From: Thiotrichaceae bacterium UBA5859
GTDB lineage: Bacteria; Pseudomonadota; Gammaproteobacteria; UBA5859
DNA: 64,000 bases
Direction of reading: 5' to 3'
Assembly (NCBI GenBank): GCA_002432655.1
Contig: DJFZ01000018.1
Coordinates: 40,391 to 104,390 of the forward strand
In this document: positions 30,646 through 39,903 of the stretch, piece after piece
How the letters are laid out: each line of letters begins with the position of its first letter
How positions within the stretch are numbered: position 1 is the first letter of the stretch
Translations under genes and position numbers: made by a program
The notes under the pieces: generated by a model
Databases searched by the model: none
The model's input: the letters and a program-made list of their open reading frames with translations, nothing else
Told to the model about the DNA's origin: nothing

Positions 30646-31331
30646 CCTTGGCATTAATCATGTTAAGTGCCTTCTGGGTGGGTTTAGCTGGCGCGGGACA
30701 TTGTCTCAGTATGTGTTCTGGTTTTTCCGGAATGGCTGCAACAGATCTCTCCACGGGTATACCCAGATGGCAAAATTTTGCCCTCGTGCAATTGGGGCGG
30801 ATCTCTAGTTATCTGCTGGTGGGAGCGGTATTGGCGGCCGGGCTGCAATGGTTGGAGCTGTCCACTTCAGACTCTTTATTAGTAGTGGGGCACTATTTCG
30901 CCCTCTTCATGTTGCTTGGGTTGGCCCTCTATCTGTTCGGATTCCCCCAGTTACTGCTTCCCTTTGAAAAGCTGGGAGGTTGGATTTGGCGGCCTTGCCA
31001 ACGGCTGATAAACGGACTCTTTCCTATCCAGCGGCCTAGTCAGGCCTTTGCTTTTGGGTTGCTCTGGGGCTGGTTACCCTGCGGTATGGTATACGCGGTG
31101 GCGGCCCTTGCTCTGAGCACTGGCGTACCTTATCAAGGCGCTTTAGTGATGGTGGCGTTTGGCATTGGAACCTTACCGGCAATCTATTCGAGTCAGGCAA
31201 TACTGGGCTATCTCACCCAGCAGGTTCGGCAATCGATGGTACGCAAAATTGGTGGCTGCGCTGTTTTGCTTGTTGCAATCCTGAATTGGTATATACATTC
31301 TCTTTCGCAAAATACGGCTCATTTTCACTAA
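30642..31331 (+). CDS. polytopic membrane protein (TauE/SafE- or HupE-like) coupled to ccoH
   Basis: About 6 TM helices. A GHCLSMC motif lies in the first helix. It overlaps ccoH by 4 nt. Confidence 0.45.
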   Translation: MTLALIMLSAFWVGLAGAGHCLSMCSGFSGMAATDLSTGIPRWQNFALVQLGRISSYLLVGAVLAAGLQWLELSTSDSLLVVGHYFALFMLLGLALYLFGFPQLLLPFEKLGGWIWRPCQRLINGLFPIQRPSQAFAFGLLWGWLPCGMVYAVAALALSTGVPYQGALVMVAFGIGTLPAIYSSQAILGYLTQQVRQSMVRKIGGCAVLLVAILNWYIHSLSQNTAHFH

Positions 31332-31541
31332 GTTAAGTTAGATAAATATTTAGTCAATTTATTCATCTAAGAATAAGTCTAAATCTAATAATAGACTGAT
31401 TCTAAGTATCTAAAAAAACTCTAATAATCCAATTTGTTTTAGATCAAGTTTATGCTTTTCACTGGTATCTCAGTGTTCTTTTATCTGTTAGTTTTAAGGC
31501 GTCAGTTTACAAAATAGATAAATGTTAAAGGAGATTAAAAA

Positions 31542-32381
31542 ATGGCAAGCGTAGCCCATAGCGATGACCGCCTAGTCCCGCAACCAGCTAACCCTAATAT
31601 GATCAGCCGGTTATTATTTCCCGTGGATGAGCGGGGCGCGCCAAAATTACCCTGGTTAGCCGCAGTGATTGGTATCGTGGCGATAGGAGCGTTTGCTACC
31701 GCCTATCGTCTCTACACTCAAAAGTATGCTTTTATCTATGGTTTGGACTATTTTGATGCCGAGTTTGGGACTTACTGGATGAGCCTGTTTTGGACTCAAA
31801 TTACACTCATTACGATGGGTTTAATAATAGGGGTACCTTGGGTTTGGTTCAGCCGCCCTAAAGATCCTCATGCGATGACCCCGCAGCGTGAGTTAGGCGT
31901 TTATTATCTCATTTTCACCTTTATGGCGGTGGGCTCTCTAGCCTTAATGGTGATGCTGGGTGTATTTGTAGAAGCTGACGCTGCTTGGCACCAAGTGACT
32001 ATCCGTGACACAGATTTTACACCGACACACATCGGACTTTTTTATCTAGTGATACCTGCAGGGGCGGTGGGCGCGATCATCGGTGCAATCTGGTTGCACA
32101 CCCGTATGCCGGATTTTGTCGGTAGAGCGTCCATTCCATTTTTATTGGTGGTCGCCGCGCCTGTGATGATTATGCCCAATTTGGGATTGAACGAATGGGG
32201 TCATACCTTCTTTTATGCCGAGGAGCTTTTCGCGGCACCCATCCATTGGGGATTTGTGGTTCTCGGATGGGGATTTTTTGCGCTAGGTGGATTCTTCTTA
32301 CAATGCATCAGCAGAGTACGGGTGTTAACCACTGCTGTTTATGAGAATCCAAAAATGAATGTAGAGAACCAACCGTCATAG
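31542..32381 (+). CDS. pmoC: copper membrane monooxygenase subunit C homolog (PmoC/AmoC family), apparently orphan
   Basis: It aligns over its full length with Methylococcus PmoC (TYWM, [50 protein letters not shown]). The Asp/His/His putative metal ligands are conserved. No A or B subunit gene is adjacent. Confidence 0.8.
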   Translation: [279 protein letters not shown]

Positions 32382-32427
32382 CTAAATAGCTATCCCTTGC
32401 TGAGCTTCTCAACTTGTAGAGAAGTAA

Positions 32428-32487
32428 GGGGTTAGGAATCGAACCAGTGATGTATTCGGTATTTGATTTCTAACCCCGTTTTTTTTT
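32428..32487 (+). terminator. rho-independent terminator (GGGGTTAG...CTAACCCC plus T9) after pmoC
   Basis: An 8-bp GC-rich stem with a structured loop is followed by a 9-T run. It abuts the 3' end of convergent gspF. Confidence 0.75.
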
Positions 32488-32489
32488 GT

Positions 32490-33710
32490 TTATCCCACTA
32501 GATTATTCATCTCAAAAATTGGCAACAAGATTGCCACCACTATCAACAGCACCATACCCCCCATTAAAAGAATCATGATTGGCTCTAAGGTAGTGGAAAC
32601 TGCGTTTGATAGAGTTTTTACCTCTCTATCTTGGCTGGTGGCAGCTCGCTCCAACATTTGATCCAGTTGGCCGCTGTTCTCTCCACTGGCGACCAATTTT
32701 AAAATCATTTTGGGGAAATATCCGTCTGACTCTAAAGCGCGATGTAAGTTGCTGCCTTCACTAACGCGCCTAGTGGCTTTGATGACCGATTCACGCATTG
32801 GTAAATTGGTCATCACTTGTGCGGCCACTGGCATGGCTTCCAACGCGGGTACACCGCTGGAGGTTAAGATACTCATGGTTCGCGAGAAATCTGCCGTATT
32901 GCTGCCTTTAATTAACTTTCCTATGAGTGGTAGTTTTAAAACCAGTTGGTCTCGGCGGCGTAATGCGCTTATAGAGCGTTTCATTAATTCCCGGTAAAGG
33001 AGATATGTGACACCAGTGACGATAAGTACGTAGATCCCCTGAGCACGGATGAAGTCGCTTAATGCAATAATTCCCTGTGTCAATGCCGGTAGGGTTTGTC
33101 CTGTGGTGACGAATACCTCCACTAAATCGGGTACGACAAAGGCTAACAAGCCCGACACAATACCAATGGCCACAAAACTAATAATAGCGGGATAGATAAG
33201 GGCACCGATTAATTCACGGCGGTTTTCTTGGCGAGTTTCGGAATAATCTGCTAATCGTTCCAATACCGTATCCAGATTGCCCGAAGTCTCGCCTGCTTTT
33301 ACGGTGGCACAATAAATTTCTGAAAACGCTTTGGGAAAGTCACTGAGCCCGGAAGCCAGGGGGTGGCCTTCCAACACCCGGGTGCGAACGGACAGTAGCA
33401 ATCGTTGCAATTTAGGCTTCTCAGTTTGTTCGGCTACAGTGTGGATCGCTTCTTCTACCGGTAAACCGGCTTTTACTAAGGTGGCCAATTGTCGAGTGAT
33501 CAATGCTTGATCGGCAATGGAGATCCTAAGGTTGGCCCCCGGGGTGTGTCGACGGCCGCGCTCTTTTCGTTGATGGATTTCCACCACGGTGAGTGGGGTC
33601 AAAGCTTGTTGGCGTAAACGTGAGCGGATCTGTTTCGCAGTATCCCCTTCTAATATTCCGCTTTGCTGCTTGCCAGCGTTGTCCAACGCTTTGTATTCGA
33701 ATGCAGCCAC
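32490..33710 (-). CDS. gspF: type II secretion system inner-membrane platform protein GspF
   Basis: It is a 406-aa protein with two GspF/PilC repeats and 3 TM helices. It follows gspE. Confidence 0.9.
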   Translation of the reverse strand: MAAFEYKALDNAGKQQSGILEGDTAKQIRSRLRQQALTPLTVVEIHQRKERGRRHTPGANLRISIADQALITRQLATLVKAGLPVEEAIHTVAEQTEKPKLQRLLLSVRTRVLEGHPLASGLSDFPKAFSEIYCATVKAGETSGNLDTVLERLADYSETRQENRRELIGALIYPAIISFVAIGIVSGLLAFVVPDLVEVFVTTGQTLPALTQGIIALSDFIRAQGIYVLIVTGVTYLLYRELMKRSISALRRRDQLVLKLPLIGKLIKGSNTADFSRTMSILTSSGVPALEAMPVAAQVMTNLPMRESVIKATRRVSEGSNLHRALESDGYFPKMILKLVASGENSGQLDQMLERAATSQDREVKTLSNAVSTTLEPIMILLMGGMVLLIVVAILLPIFEMNNLVG

Positions 33711-33711
33711 A

Positions 33712-35250
33712 TTAATCCTCGTAGGTGACGCGCAACACTTCTTCTACAGAGGTGACACCTGTTAGCGCTTTTTCGATACCATCCTGACGAATGCTGGGGG
33801 AATGGCGCCGCGCATACTGTTCAATTTGCTGTTCGCTGGCGGATTCATGGATCAGTTGTCTTAAGGTGTCATCGATAGCGATGATTTCATATATTCCGGT
33901 GCGTCCTAAATATCCTGTTTGGTTACAGTGATCGCAGCCTATGGTCTTATACAAAGTGGGTGGATTATCTTTTGGCAGATTAAACTCTTCACATTCGGTT
34001 TCGCTGGCAGTATAAGGCTCTTTGCACTTCGGACAGAGCACTCTCACTAGCCTTTGCGCTACGACACCAATCAAACTGGAAGAGAGTAGGAAAGGCTCTA
34101 TGCCCATATCTGCGAGTCTAGTGATGGCACCTACCGCACTATTGGTATGCAAGGTAGATAATACCAAGTGGCCTGTTAAACTAGCCTGAACGGCAATTTG
34201 CGCAGTTTCTAGATCCCGAATTTCACCCACCATCACCACGTCAGGATCCTGCCGCAAAATAGCTCGCAGTCCCCGTGCAAAACTCATGTCTGCTTTGGTA
34301 TTCACCTGCGATTGGCCGATGCCGTCAATGTAATATTCAATGGGATCTTCTACAGTGAGGATGTTACGTTCCTTGTTGTTTAGTTCTCCGAGTGCGGCGT
34401 AAAGGGTGGTGGTCTTTCCCGATCCAGTCGGTCCAGTCACCAAAAAGATGCCGTTGGGTTTGTGAATGGTTTTGCTGACAATCTTTCTGGAGATGCCATT
34501 TAAACCCAGTGCGTCTAAAGTGAGTCGACCCGCTTGTTTGTCTAGCAGACGCATCACCACTCTTTCACCATGACTAGAGGGCAAGGTGGACACCCGAACA
34601 TCCACTGGCCGTCCCGCAACACGGAGTGAAATACGGCCATCTTGTGGTAGGCGTTTTTCCGCAATATCGAGGCGCGCCATCACTTTCACTCTGGAGACAA
34701 TTAGCGGAGTGAGTTTTGCCTTCGCAGAAAAAACCTCTTTTAATACGCCATCGGTGCGAAAGCGCACGACTAATCGAGATTCGAACGGTTCAAAGTGTAC
34801 ATCGGATGCCTGTTGTTTCACCGCTTCTGCTAAGAGCGCGTTGATCAGACGAATGATGGGTGCATCGTCCTGTGTGTCGAGTAGATCTTCCGGCTCCGGT
34901 AGTGACTGGGCGGCCAGATCTAGATCCCAATCCTCATCAATACTGCCCATCTCCTGAATTGACTGGGAGGATTCTGCTTCGTAAGTTTCCTGTAGCAGTG
35001 AATCGAACAGTTCAGTGGTAATTTGCTGATAACGAACCGGTTGATTGATATGACGTCGTACTTCTAACAGAGTCGCCAGAGTAGTATCTGGTAAATGCAT
35101 GACTGTGGGCAAATTACCAGCGGAGAAATTTAATAAAACTCCATGACGTTTGGCAAAACCAAATGGCAAGGGGCGCAACATGATAGTGTCGTTTTGCGGC
35201 TGGGTGGTGTCGGACCAAGATCCGAATTCATTGCTGGGCTCAGATGCCAT
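33712..35250 (-). CDS. gspE: type II secretion system ATPase GspE
   Basis: Walker A GPTGSGKTT, Asp/His boxes and a C-terminal tetracysteine CPKC...CDHC are present. Confidence 0.95.
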   Translation of the reverse strand: MASEPSNEFGSWSDTTQPQNDTIMLRPLPFGFAKRHGVLLNFSAGNLPTVMHLPDTTLATLLEVRRHINQPVRYQQITTELFDSLLQETYEAESSQSIQEMGSIDEDWDLDLAAQSLPEPEDLLDTQDDAPIIRLINALLAEAVKQQASDVHFEPFESRLVVRFRTDGVLKEVFSAKAKLTPLIVSRVKVMARLDIAEKRLPQDGRISLRVAGRPVDVRVSTLPSSHGERVVMRLLDKQAGRLTLDALGLNGISRKIVSKTIHKPNGIFLVTGPTGSGKTTTLYAALGELNNKERNILTVEDPIEYYIDGIGQSQVNTKADMSFARGLRAILRQDPDVVMVGEIRDLETAQIAVQASLTGHLVLSTLHTNSAVGAITRLADMGIEPFLLSSSLIGVVAQRLVRVLCPKCKEPYTASETECEEFNLPKDNPPTLYKTIGCDHCNQTGYLGRTGIYEIIAIDDTLRQLIHESASEQQIEQYARRHSPSIRQDGIEKALTGVTSVEEVLRVTYED

Positions 35251-37343
35251 TAATGAACCACCTTTGATATCTCGTTCACATTAGCTACTGGAGATCTGGC
35301 TGCTGTTGCGCTATTTTTTTGCCGCAATGGATCGGATTGATATAGCTGTGATTGCCCCTCGGGTAACTCTGCATCAGAAGGTTGATGTTCTGGTGTATGA
35401 GGTTTGGGGGGAGAACTCTTTCGATATTTAGTGCGGTAATCTTCGATTTCCGGCAACACGGGCACCTCATTCTGCTCTTGCATAAATACCCCTTTTTGAC
35501 GCTGTAACAGCTGCTGGGTACGGATATCAATGTATTTGCTATTGGCGATAAAAGCAGCAGATTCTTTGCTTGGTACTATCACTGGATGAATAAAGACCAC
35601 TAGATTACGCTTGCTTTTGTTCGCCGATTTAAAAGTGAAGAGTTTGCCTAGGATTGGAATGGCGCTGAGTATGGGTACTCGTTGCACACTTTCAGAGATC
35701 TGATCTTCGATGAGTCCACCGAGCACGATGATTTCACCATCATCTGCTAACACAGAGGTTCTAATATTGCGTTTGTCAAAGGTAAGATCCACACCTTGGG
35801 TGGCCGCAGCCACGCTAGAGACTTCCTGTTCAATTGAGAGTTTTACCATGCCGCCTTCGCTAATTTGCGGAGTCACCTTAAGCGTGATACCCACATCCCT
35901 GCGGTCAATGGTTTGAAATGGGTTTTGTAATTCACCAGCGCGGCTAATGGAGCCCGTAACTGTTGCCACCTCCTGGCCGACTACGATTTCTGCTTCTTCA
36001 TTGTCGAGGGTCATTAAGCTGGGGGTGGAGAGAATGTTGGTATTGGCATTGCCCGCCAAGGCTTGGATCAAGGAGGCAAAGTTGAGCTCACTGCTATCTA
36101 TTACGCCCAAGGCCAAAGATGCGCCTGGGCCTAATCCTGAGGCGGCTGCTGTGGTTTGATCGGCAGCAATATTGCCGACCACATCAATGATGGAGGAGCG
36201 CGAAGAAGTGGGGAAGTTAATCGCGCCTACCAAACCATCACCATCTTCATCACCACCGAATAACCATTGTAATCCCAATTCAGCTTCATTTCGGCCTTGA
36301 ATTTCCGCAATCACTGCCTCCACCAAAACTTGTGAGCGACGAATATCTAGTTTACGAATGATGGACTGTAAAGAGCGCATGAGGGCTGGTGGTGCCGTAA
36401 TCACTAAAGCGTTAGTGGCTTCATCCGCTTGAATATTGAAGGCTTGGTTAGGGCGGGATGCTTTTTTCGCCTGTTGATCTTTTTCAAAATTCTGACCTAC
36501 GCCGGTCAATACTTCCACCAGTTTACTGGCCTCAGCATGGCGCAGGTAGATGACCTGAGTATCACCTTCCCGTCCTACGGGGGTGTCTAAATGGGTGACC
36601 AGTGCGCGAATACGAAGGCGTTCGATTTTATCCCCTCCCAAGAGCACACTGTTGGTTCGTTCATCTGCTACCACAGTGATATTTTCCGATGTGGCTTTGC
36701 CTTTTTGTTTGGCAGTATTTAATGCGGAGAGAGTTTTAACCACTTCAGCTGCTGAGGCGTGTTGCAAGGTGACAATTTCGATGTCCGCATCGCCCGCCTT
36801 ATCAATGCGGCGAATGATGTCGGCAATGCGGGCCACATTATCTGCTCGATCAGAGACAATGAGAGTATTGGTTGGCGGATATGCAGCCATGTGACCCTGC
36901 TGCGGAATCAAAGGACGCAGAATCGGTACCAGCTGGGCAGCAGTCACATGCTGGATAGGGATGACCTGAGTGATGGATTCTCCCCCTAAGGACGGATCAT
37001 GTAACGATGTCACTGGTGTGGCGCTCTGCTTTGCGGAGACTTCAGGCACAATCTTGTAGGTGTTGTCCTGTACCGGAATAACTGAGAAACCTTGCACGCC
37101 CAACATCGAAAGGAATACTTGATAGACCGCATCCGCATCCATGGCTTCTGAGGAAACAATCGTCACTTTTCCCTTTACTCGGGGATCGACGATGAAGTTC
37201 TTGCCGGTCATTTCAGAGACGGTAGAGATAACCGCCAATATATCGGCGTCTTTTAAGTTTAGTGTTAAGCTTCCCTGCGCCCAGACACTGCCCCCCAGCA
37301 GCAACAGCATCGTGAATAGTAGTCGAATACCATATTTCTTCAT
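35250..37343 (-). CDS. gspD: type II secretion system secretin GspD
   Basis: A signal peptide, N-domains and a secretin C-domain (VPILSAIPILGKLF) are present, with an S-domain tail. Confidence 0.9.
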   Translation of the reverse strand: MKKYGIRLLFTMLLLLGGSVWAQGSLTLNLKDADILAVISTVSEMTGKNFIVDPRVKGKVTIVSSEAMDADAVYQVFLSMLGVQGFSVIPVQDNTYKIVPEVSAKQSATPVTSLHDPSLGGESITQVIPIQHVTAAQLVPILRPLIPQQGHMAAYPPTNTLIVSDRADNVARIADIIRRIDKAGDADIEIVTLQHASAAEVVKTLSALNTAKQKGKATSENITVVADERTNSVLLGGDKIERLRIRALVTHLDTPVGREGDTQVIYLRHAEASKLVEVLTGVGQNFEKDQQAKKASRPNQAFNIQADEATNALVITAPPALMRSLQSIIRKLDIRRSQVLVEAVIAEIQGRNEAELGLQWLFGGDEDGDGLVGAINFPTSSRSSIIDVVGNIAADQTTAAASGLGPGASLALGVIDSSELNFASLIQALAGNANTNILSTPSLMTLDNEEAEIVVGQEVATVTGSISRAGELQNPFQTIDRRDVGITLKVTPQISEGGMVKLSIEQEVSSVAAATQGVDLTFDKRNIRTSVLADDGEIIVLGGLIEDQISESVQRVPILSAIPILGKLFTFKSANKSKRNLVVFIHPVIVPSKESAAFIANSKYIDIRTQQLLQRQKGVFMQEQNEVPVLPEIEDYRTKYRKSSPPKPHTPEHQPSDAELPEGQSQLYQSDPLRQKNSATAARSPVANVNEISKVVH

Positions 37344-38236
37344 CTAATTTGGCCTTGTATTGTGATTGTTTCGCCGTTTCTTTGTACTTCAAGAGAAACC
37401 CGGTCGGCGTCCGCAAGGCTTTGCAAGCTCTTCAGCATTGTGGCGGCATCTCCAAGAGGGTGTCCATTGATAGATAATACAATATCACCCGAGCGTAACC
37501 CCAAAGCATCCATCAATTTGGGATCGGGGCCAGGAGCAATTCTGTAGCCCGTAATTTTCTGGTTTTTAAAAAAGGGCGCAACTTTAAGCCACTTTTGTAT
37601 ATCTTGTGGATTGCTTAATAGTTGGTCACGAATGGCACTTAAAGATTGATCGGACTGAGTACTATTATTGCGAGGATTGTTTCTAACGTTTCTTGCTCGC
37701 GGGCCCATGCCCGTCTCAATCCTTTCTTTCGGCAAAAACAGGGTTTCGTAACGGACGCCCCGTTTTAAGATGACTCTGTCAGCCTCTATAGAGTAGATTT
37801 CAGCGTTATCAGCGATAGTGTCTCCCACGTGGTAGACTTTTTCCGGTTTATTGCCCTCGGCTATTATCGCCAAGGGATCCTGGTCGCCAACCGTATGAAA
37901 GAGTCCGCGCAGGGTCAGTTGTAAGCTAGTTTTAGGTGCCTGTGTTGGGAGCTGAATAGGTGCGCTAGTTTTGGCTGGTTCACCAAATAGGTGTAAGGCA
38001 CCCAATTTTACCTGCTTTACCTCTGCTCGTTTGCTGCTGCTTTGGACGGGCGGCATGGTTTCTTCAGCCACGATGGGAACCGGGAACATTTGCCAGGTTA
38101 GATGAGCGGTTTGCAGTGCTAAAAGAGCCAGTGCGAAGTAAAGACCGAGACGTGCGAGACGCTCACTATCGCTTTTTAAGTGATTGATAATTTTAAAAAA
38201 TACAGGATACTTTGATAGTTCAGTTAAAGCGGTCAC
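37340..38236 (-). CDS. gspC: type II secretion system protein GspC (with PDZ domain)
   Basis: An N-terminal TM helix, an HR domain and a C-terminal PDZ (GLRSGDIVLSINGHPL) are present. It is the first gene of the gspCDEF operon. Confidence 0.7.
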   Translation of the reverse strand: MTALTELSKYPVFFKIINHLKSDSERLARLGLYFALALLALQTAHLTWQMFPVPIVAEETMPPVQSSSKRAEVKQVKLGALHLFGEPAKTSAPIQLPTQAPKTSLQLTLRGLFHTVGDQDPLAIIAEGNKPEKVYHVGDTIADNAEIYSIEADRVILKRGVRYETLFLPKERIETGMGPRARNVRNNPRNNSTQSDQSLSAIRDQLLSNPQDIQKWLKVAPFFKNQKITGYRIAPGPDPKLMDALGLRSGDIVLSINGHPLGDAATMLKSLQSLADADRVSLEVQRNGETITIQGQIR

Positions 38237-38393
38237 AAGTGTTATTTAAGAGTCCAAATTTGAGTTGATTGACGATGATCCTGCTCCCAGAGGGACTCTA
38301 TGATAAGGTTTGTCCCGACAGGATGCGAATAGAACGCCAGATTTCCATGTTAACCTACGTCTCTTTCATCTTGATTAAGCAAATTACTGGCCA

Positions 38394-38789
38394 GTGAACG
38401 GAGTGCAAAGTAATAAAAATTGTGAAAAAGTCCGTTTGGACAAATGGTTATGGGCCGCCCGTTGTTATAAAACGCGAGCACTAGCTGCCCAAGCTATTCG
38501 TGGTGGCTTGGTGCAATATAACGGTCAACGGGTGAAACCGAGCCAAAACGTCTCCATCGGTAGTGAAGTTTGGTTGCGAATTGGGCAGACGCAAAGAACT
38601 TTACGGGTGTGTGCCTTAGCAGAGCAACGCAAATCGGCAAAAATCGCGGCATTACTTTACCAAGAAACCCCGGAAAGTGTTTTGAGTCGACAAGCCACTA
38701 CCATGATGTTCCACGCAAGCAAGATCATCCCTGGCCCGAAACCGAACAAAAGAGAGCGTCGGCAACGCCAAAAACTTGTAGGCCGCTGA
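38394..38789 (+). CDS. hslR: ribosome-associated heat shock protein Hsp15 (S4 RNA-binding domain)
   Basis: VRLDKWLWAAR.YKTRALA...G.V.YNGQR.KPS is collinear with E. coli HslR. Confidence 0.85.
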   Translation: MNGVQSNKNCEKVRLDKWLWAARCYKTRALAAQAIRGGLVQYNGQRVKPSQNVSIGSEVWLRIGQTQRTLRVCALAEQRKSAKIAALLYQETPESVLSRQATTMMFHASKIIPGPKPNKRERRQRQKLVGR

Positions 38790-38917
38790 TCCCACCTGTA
38801 TCAATCCATACCAATGGTTTTATATGTTTCTCATGCTTGTTGAGAAACGGCCGATTTTTAATGGAAGCACAAGCGCAATTCCCGGAATCAGTCTCGATCT
38901 GCATAGAAGGAGAGTAG

Positions 38918-39289
38918 GTGAGTACACCGCTGTTAGTTGTTGATGACTCAAAGATGTCTAGGCGCCTCATCAAGCGTTCTATTCCGCCGGGATGGGATGT
39001 TGAAGTGAGCGAGGCACAGAATGGTGTAGAGGCCCTCGAGGCGATTCGCGCAGGCAAAGCGCATGTGATGTTTCTGGATCTAACCATGCCGGTAATGGAT
39101 GGGTTTCAAGTTCTAAAAGAGGTGCGTGAAGAAAATCTGGATACGATGGTGATTGTCATATCTGCGGATATTCAACCCAAGGCTGAAATACGAGTGAAAG
39201 AGCTTGGCGCGATGGCTTTTATTAAAAAGCCTATTGATCAAGAGATTCTAACTAAAGTACTCAAAGAGTATGGTATCTATGATGGTTGA
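38918..39289 (+). CDS. CheY-like single-domain response regulator
   Basis: Receiver residues are conserved (DD at the N-terminus, FLDLTMP phospho-Asp, VISA Thr/Ser, FIKKP Lys). There is no output domain. Confidence 0.85.
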   Translation: MSTPLLVVDDSKMSRRLIKRSIPPGWDVEVSEAQNGVEALEAIRAGKAHVMFLDLTMPVMDGFQVLKEVREENLDTMVIVISADIQPKAEIRVKELGAMAFIKKPIDQEILTKVLKEYGIYDG

Positions 39290-39902
39290 GGCCAAACCAT
39301 ATACGGAAGATGAGCAGGATATGCTGCAAGAGGTGGTCAATATCGCCATTGGGCAAGCCGCTTCTTCACTGGCAAAGATCTTCGACACCTTTGTGGTTTT
39401 ATCCGTACCACAAATTGCATTGGTGGGCTCCAGTACTTTGGCCACCTCAGTCACCTCTCTCATTGGCGAGCATGAGGAAGGCATCATTGGCGTACGCCAA
39501 GCATTCTATAATCAGCTTTGCGGCGAGGCATTTGCGATCTATGGCCGCAAGGGTTGTACGGGGCTAGCTGAACAGTTGGGATATGAAAGTGAACAGCTAG
39601 ACTTGGTAGATGAAGAAGTGTTATTGGATATTACTAATGTCTTAGTAGGGGCCTGTTTGTGTGGGGTGGCGGAGCAGTTAGATAGGGAATTAAGCTTCAC
39701 TGCGCCTGCACTCTGTTCTGGGCAAGATTCCACTGAAGAGTTGTTAGAATTAAGAGATCATTCCTGGACTGAATCGTTGTTGGTACAAACGAGATTAGGG
39801 TTCGAGGGACAAGAGTTTCAGTGTCATTTAGTCATTTTAATGGCTGAAGACACGATGGAGGAATTACGTCTCGCATTAGTAGACGTCATGGAATTGGATT
39901 AG
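39279..39902 (+). CDS. CheC/CheX-like protein (putative CheY-P phosphatase)
   Basis: CheC-type motifs are present (E..NIAIGQAAS.LA and a second ..TNVLVGA). It overlaps the receiver gene stop. An AAGAG lies 10 nt upstream of the ATG at 39279. The ORF list starts at 39270. Confidence 0.55.
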   Translation: MMVEAKPYTEDEQDMLQEVVNIAIGQAASSLAKIFDTFVVLSVPQIALVGSSTLATSVTSLIGEHEEGIIGVRQAFYNQLCGEAFAIYGRKGCTGLAEQLGYESEQLDLVDEEVLLDITNVLVGACLCGVAEQLDRELSFTAPALCSGQDSTEELLELRDHSWTESLLVQTRLGFEGQEFQCHLVILMAEDTMEELRLALVDVMELD

Positions 39903-39903
39903 C

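Noticed and set aside
31440-31480. Possible sigma-54 type promoter (TGGTATC-N4-TGTTC) upstream of pmoC
   Set aside because: The -12 element lacks the conserved GC dinucleotide, so the match is too weak to call.
32428-32487. tRNA-like signature: on the minus strand the pmoC terminator region reads GGGGTTAG...CTGGTTCGATTCCTAACCCC, containing the canonical T-arm 11-mer GGTTCGATTCC flanked by complementary 'acceptor' arms
   Set aside because: Only about 50 nt separate the arms, which is too short for a tRNA. There is no D or anticodon arm, and the T-stem cannot form beyond 2 bp. I interpret it as a terminator hairpin, conceivably a relic tRNA 3' fragment, but not a gene.
34586-37547. Plus-strand ORFs inside gspE/gspD/gspC (for example 34586..34957, 35710..35916, 36583..36894, 36759..36989, 37141..37347, 37362..37547) and minus-strand 35285..35530
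   Set aside because: They are antisense or alternative-frame to the secretin and ATPase genes. Their Ser/Ala-rich products are typical of GC-skewed shadow frames.
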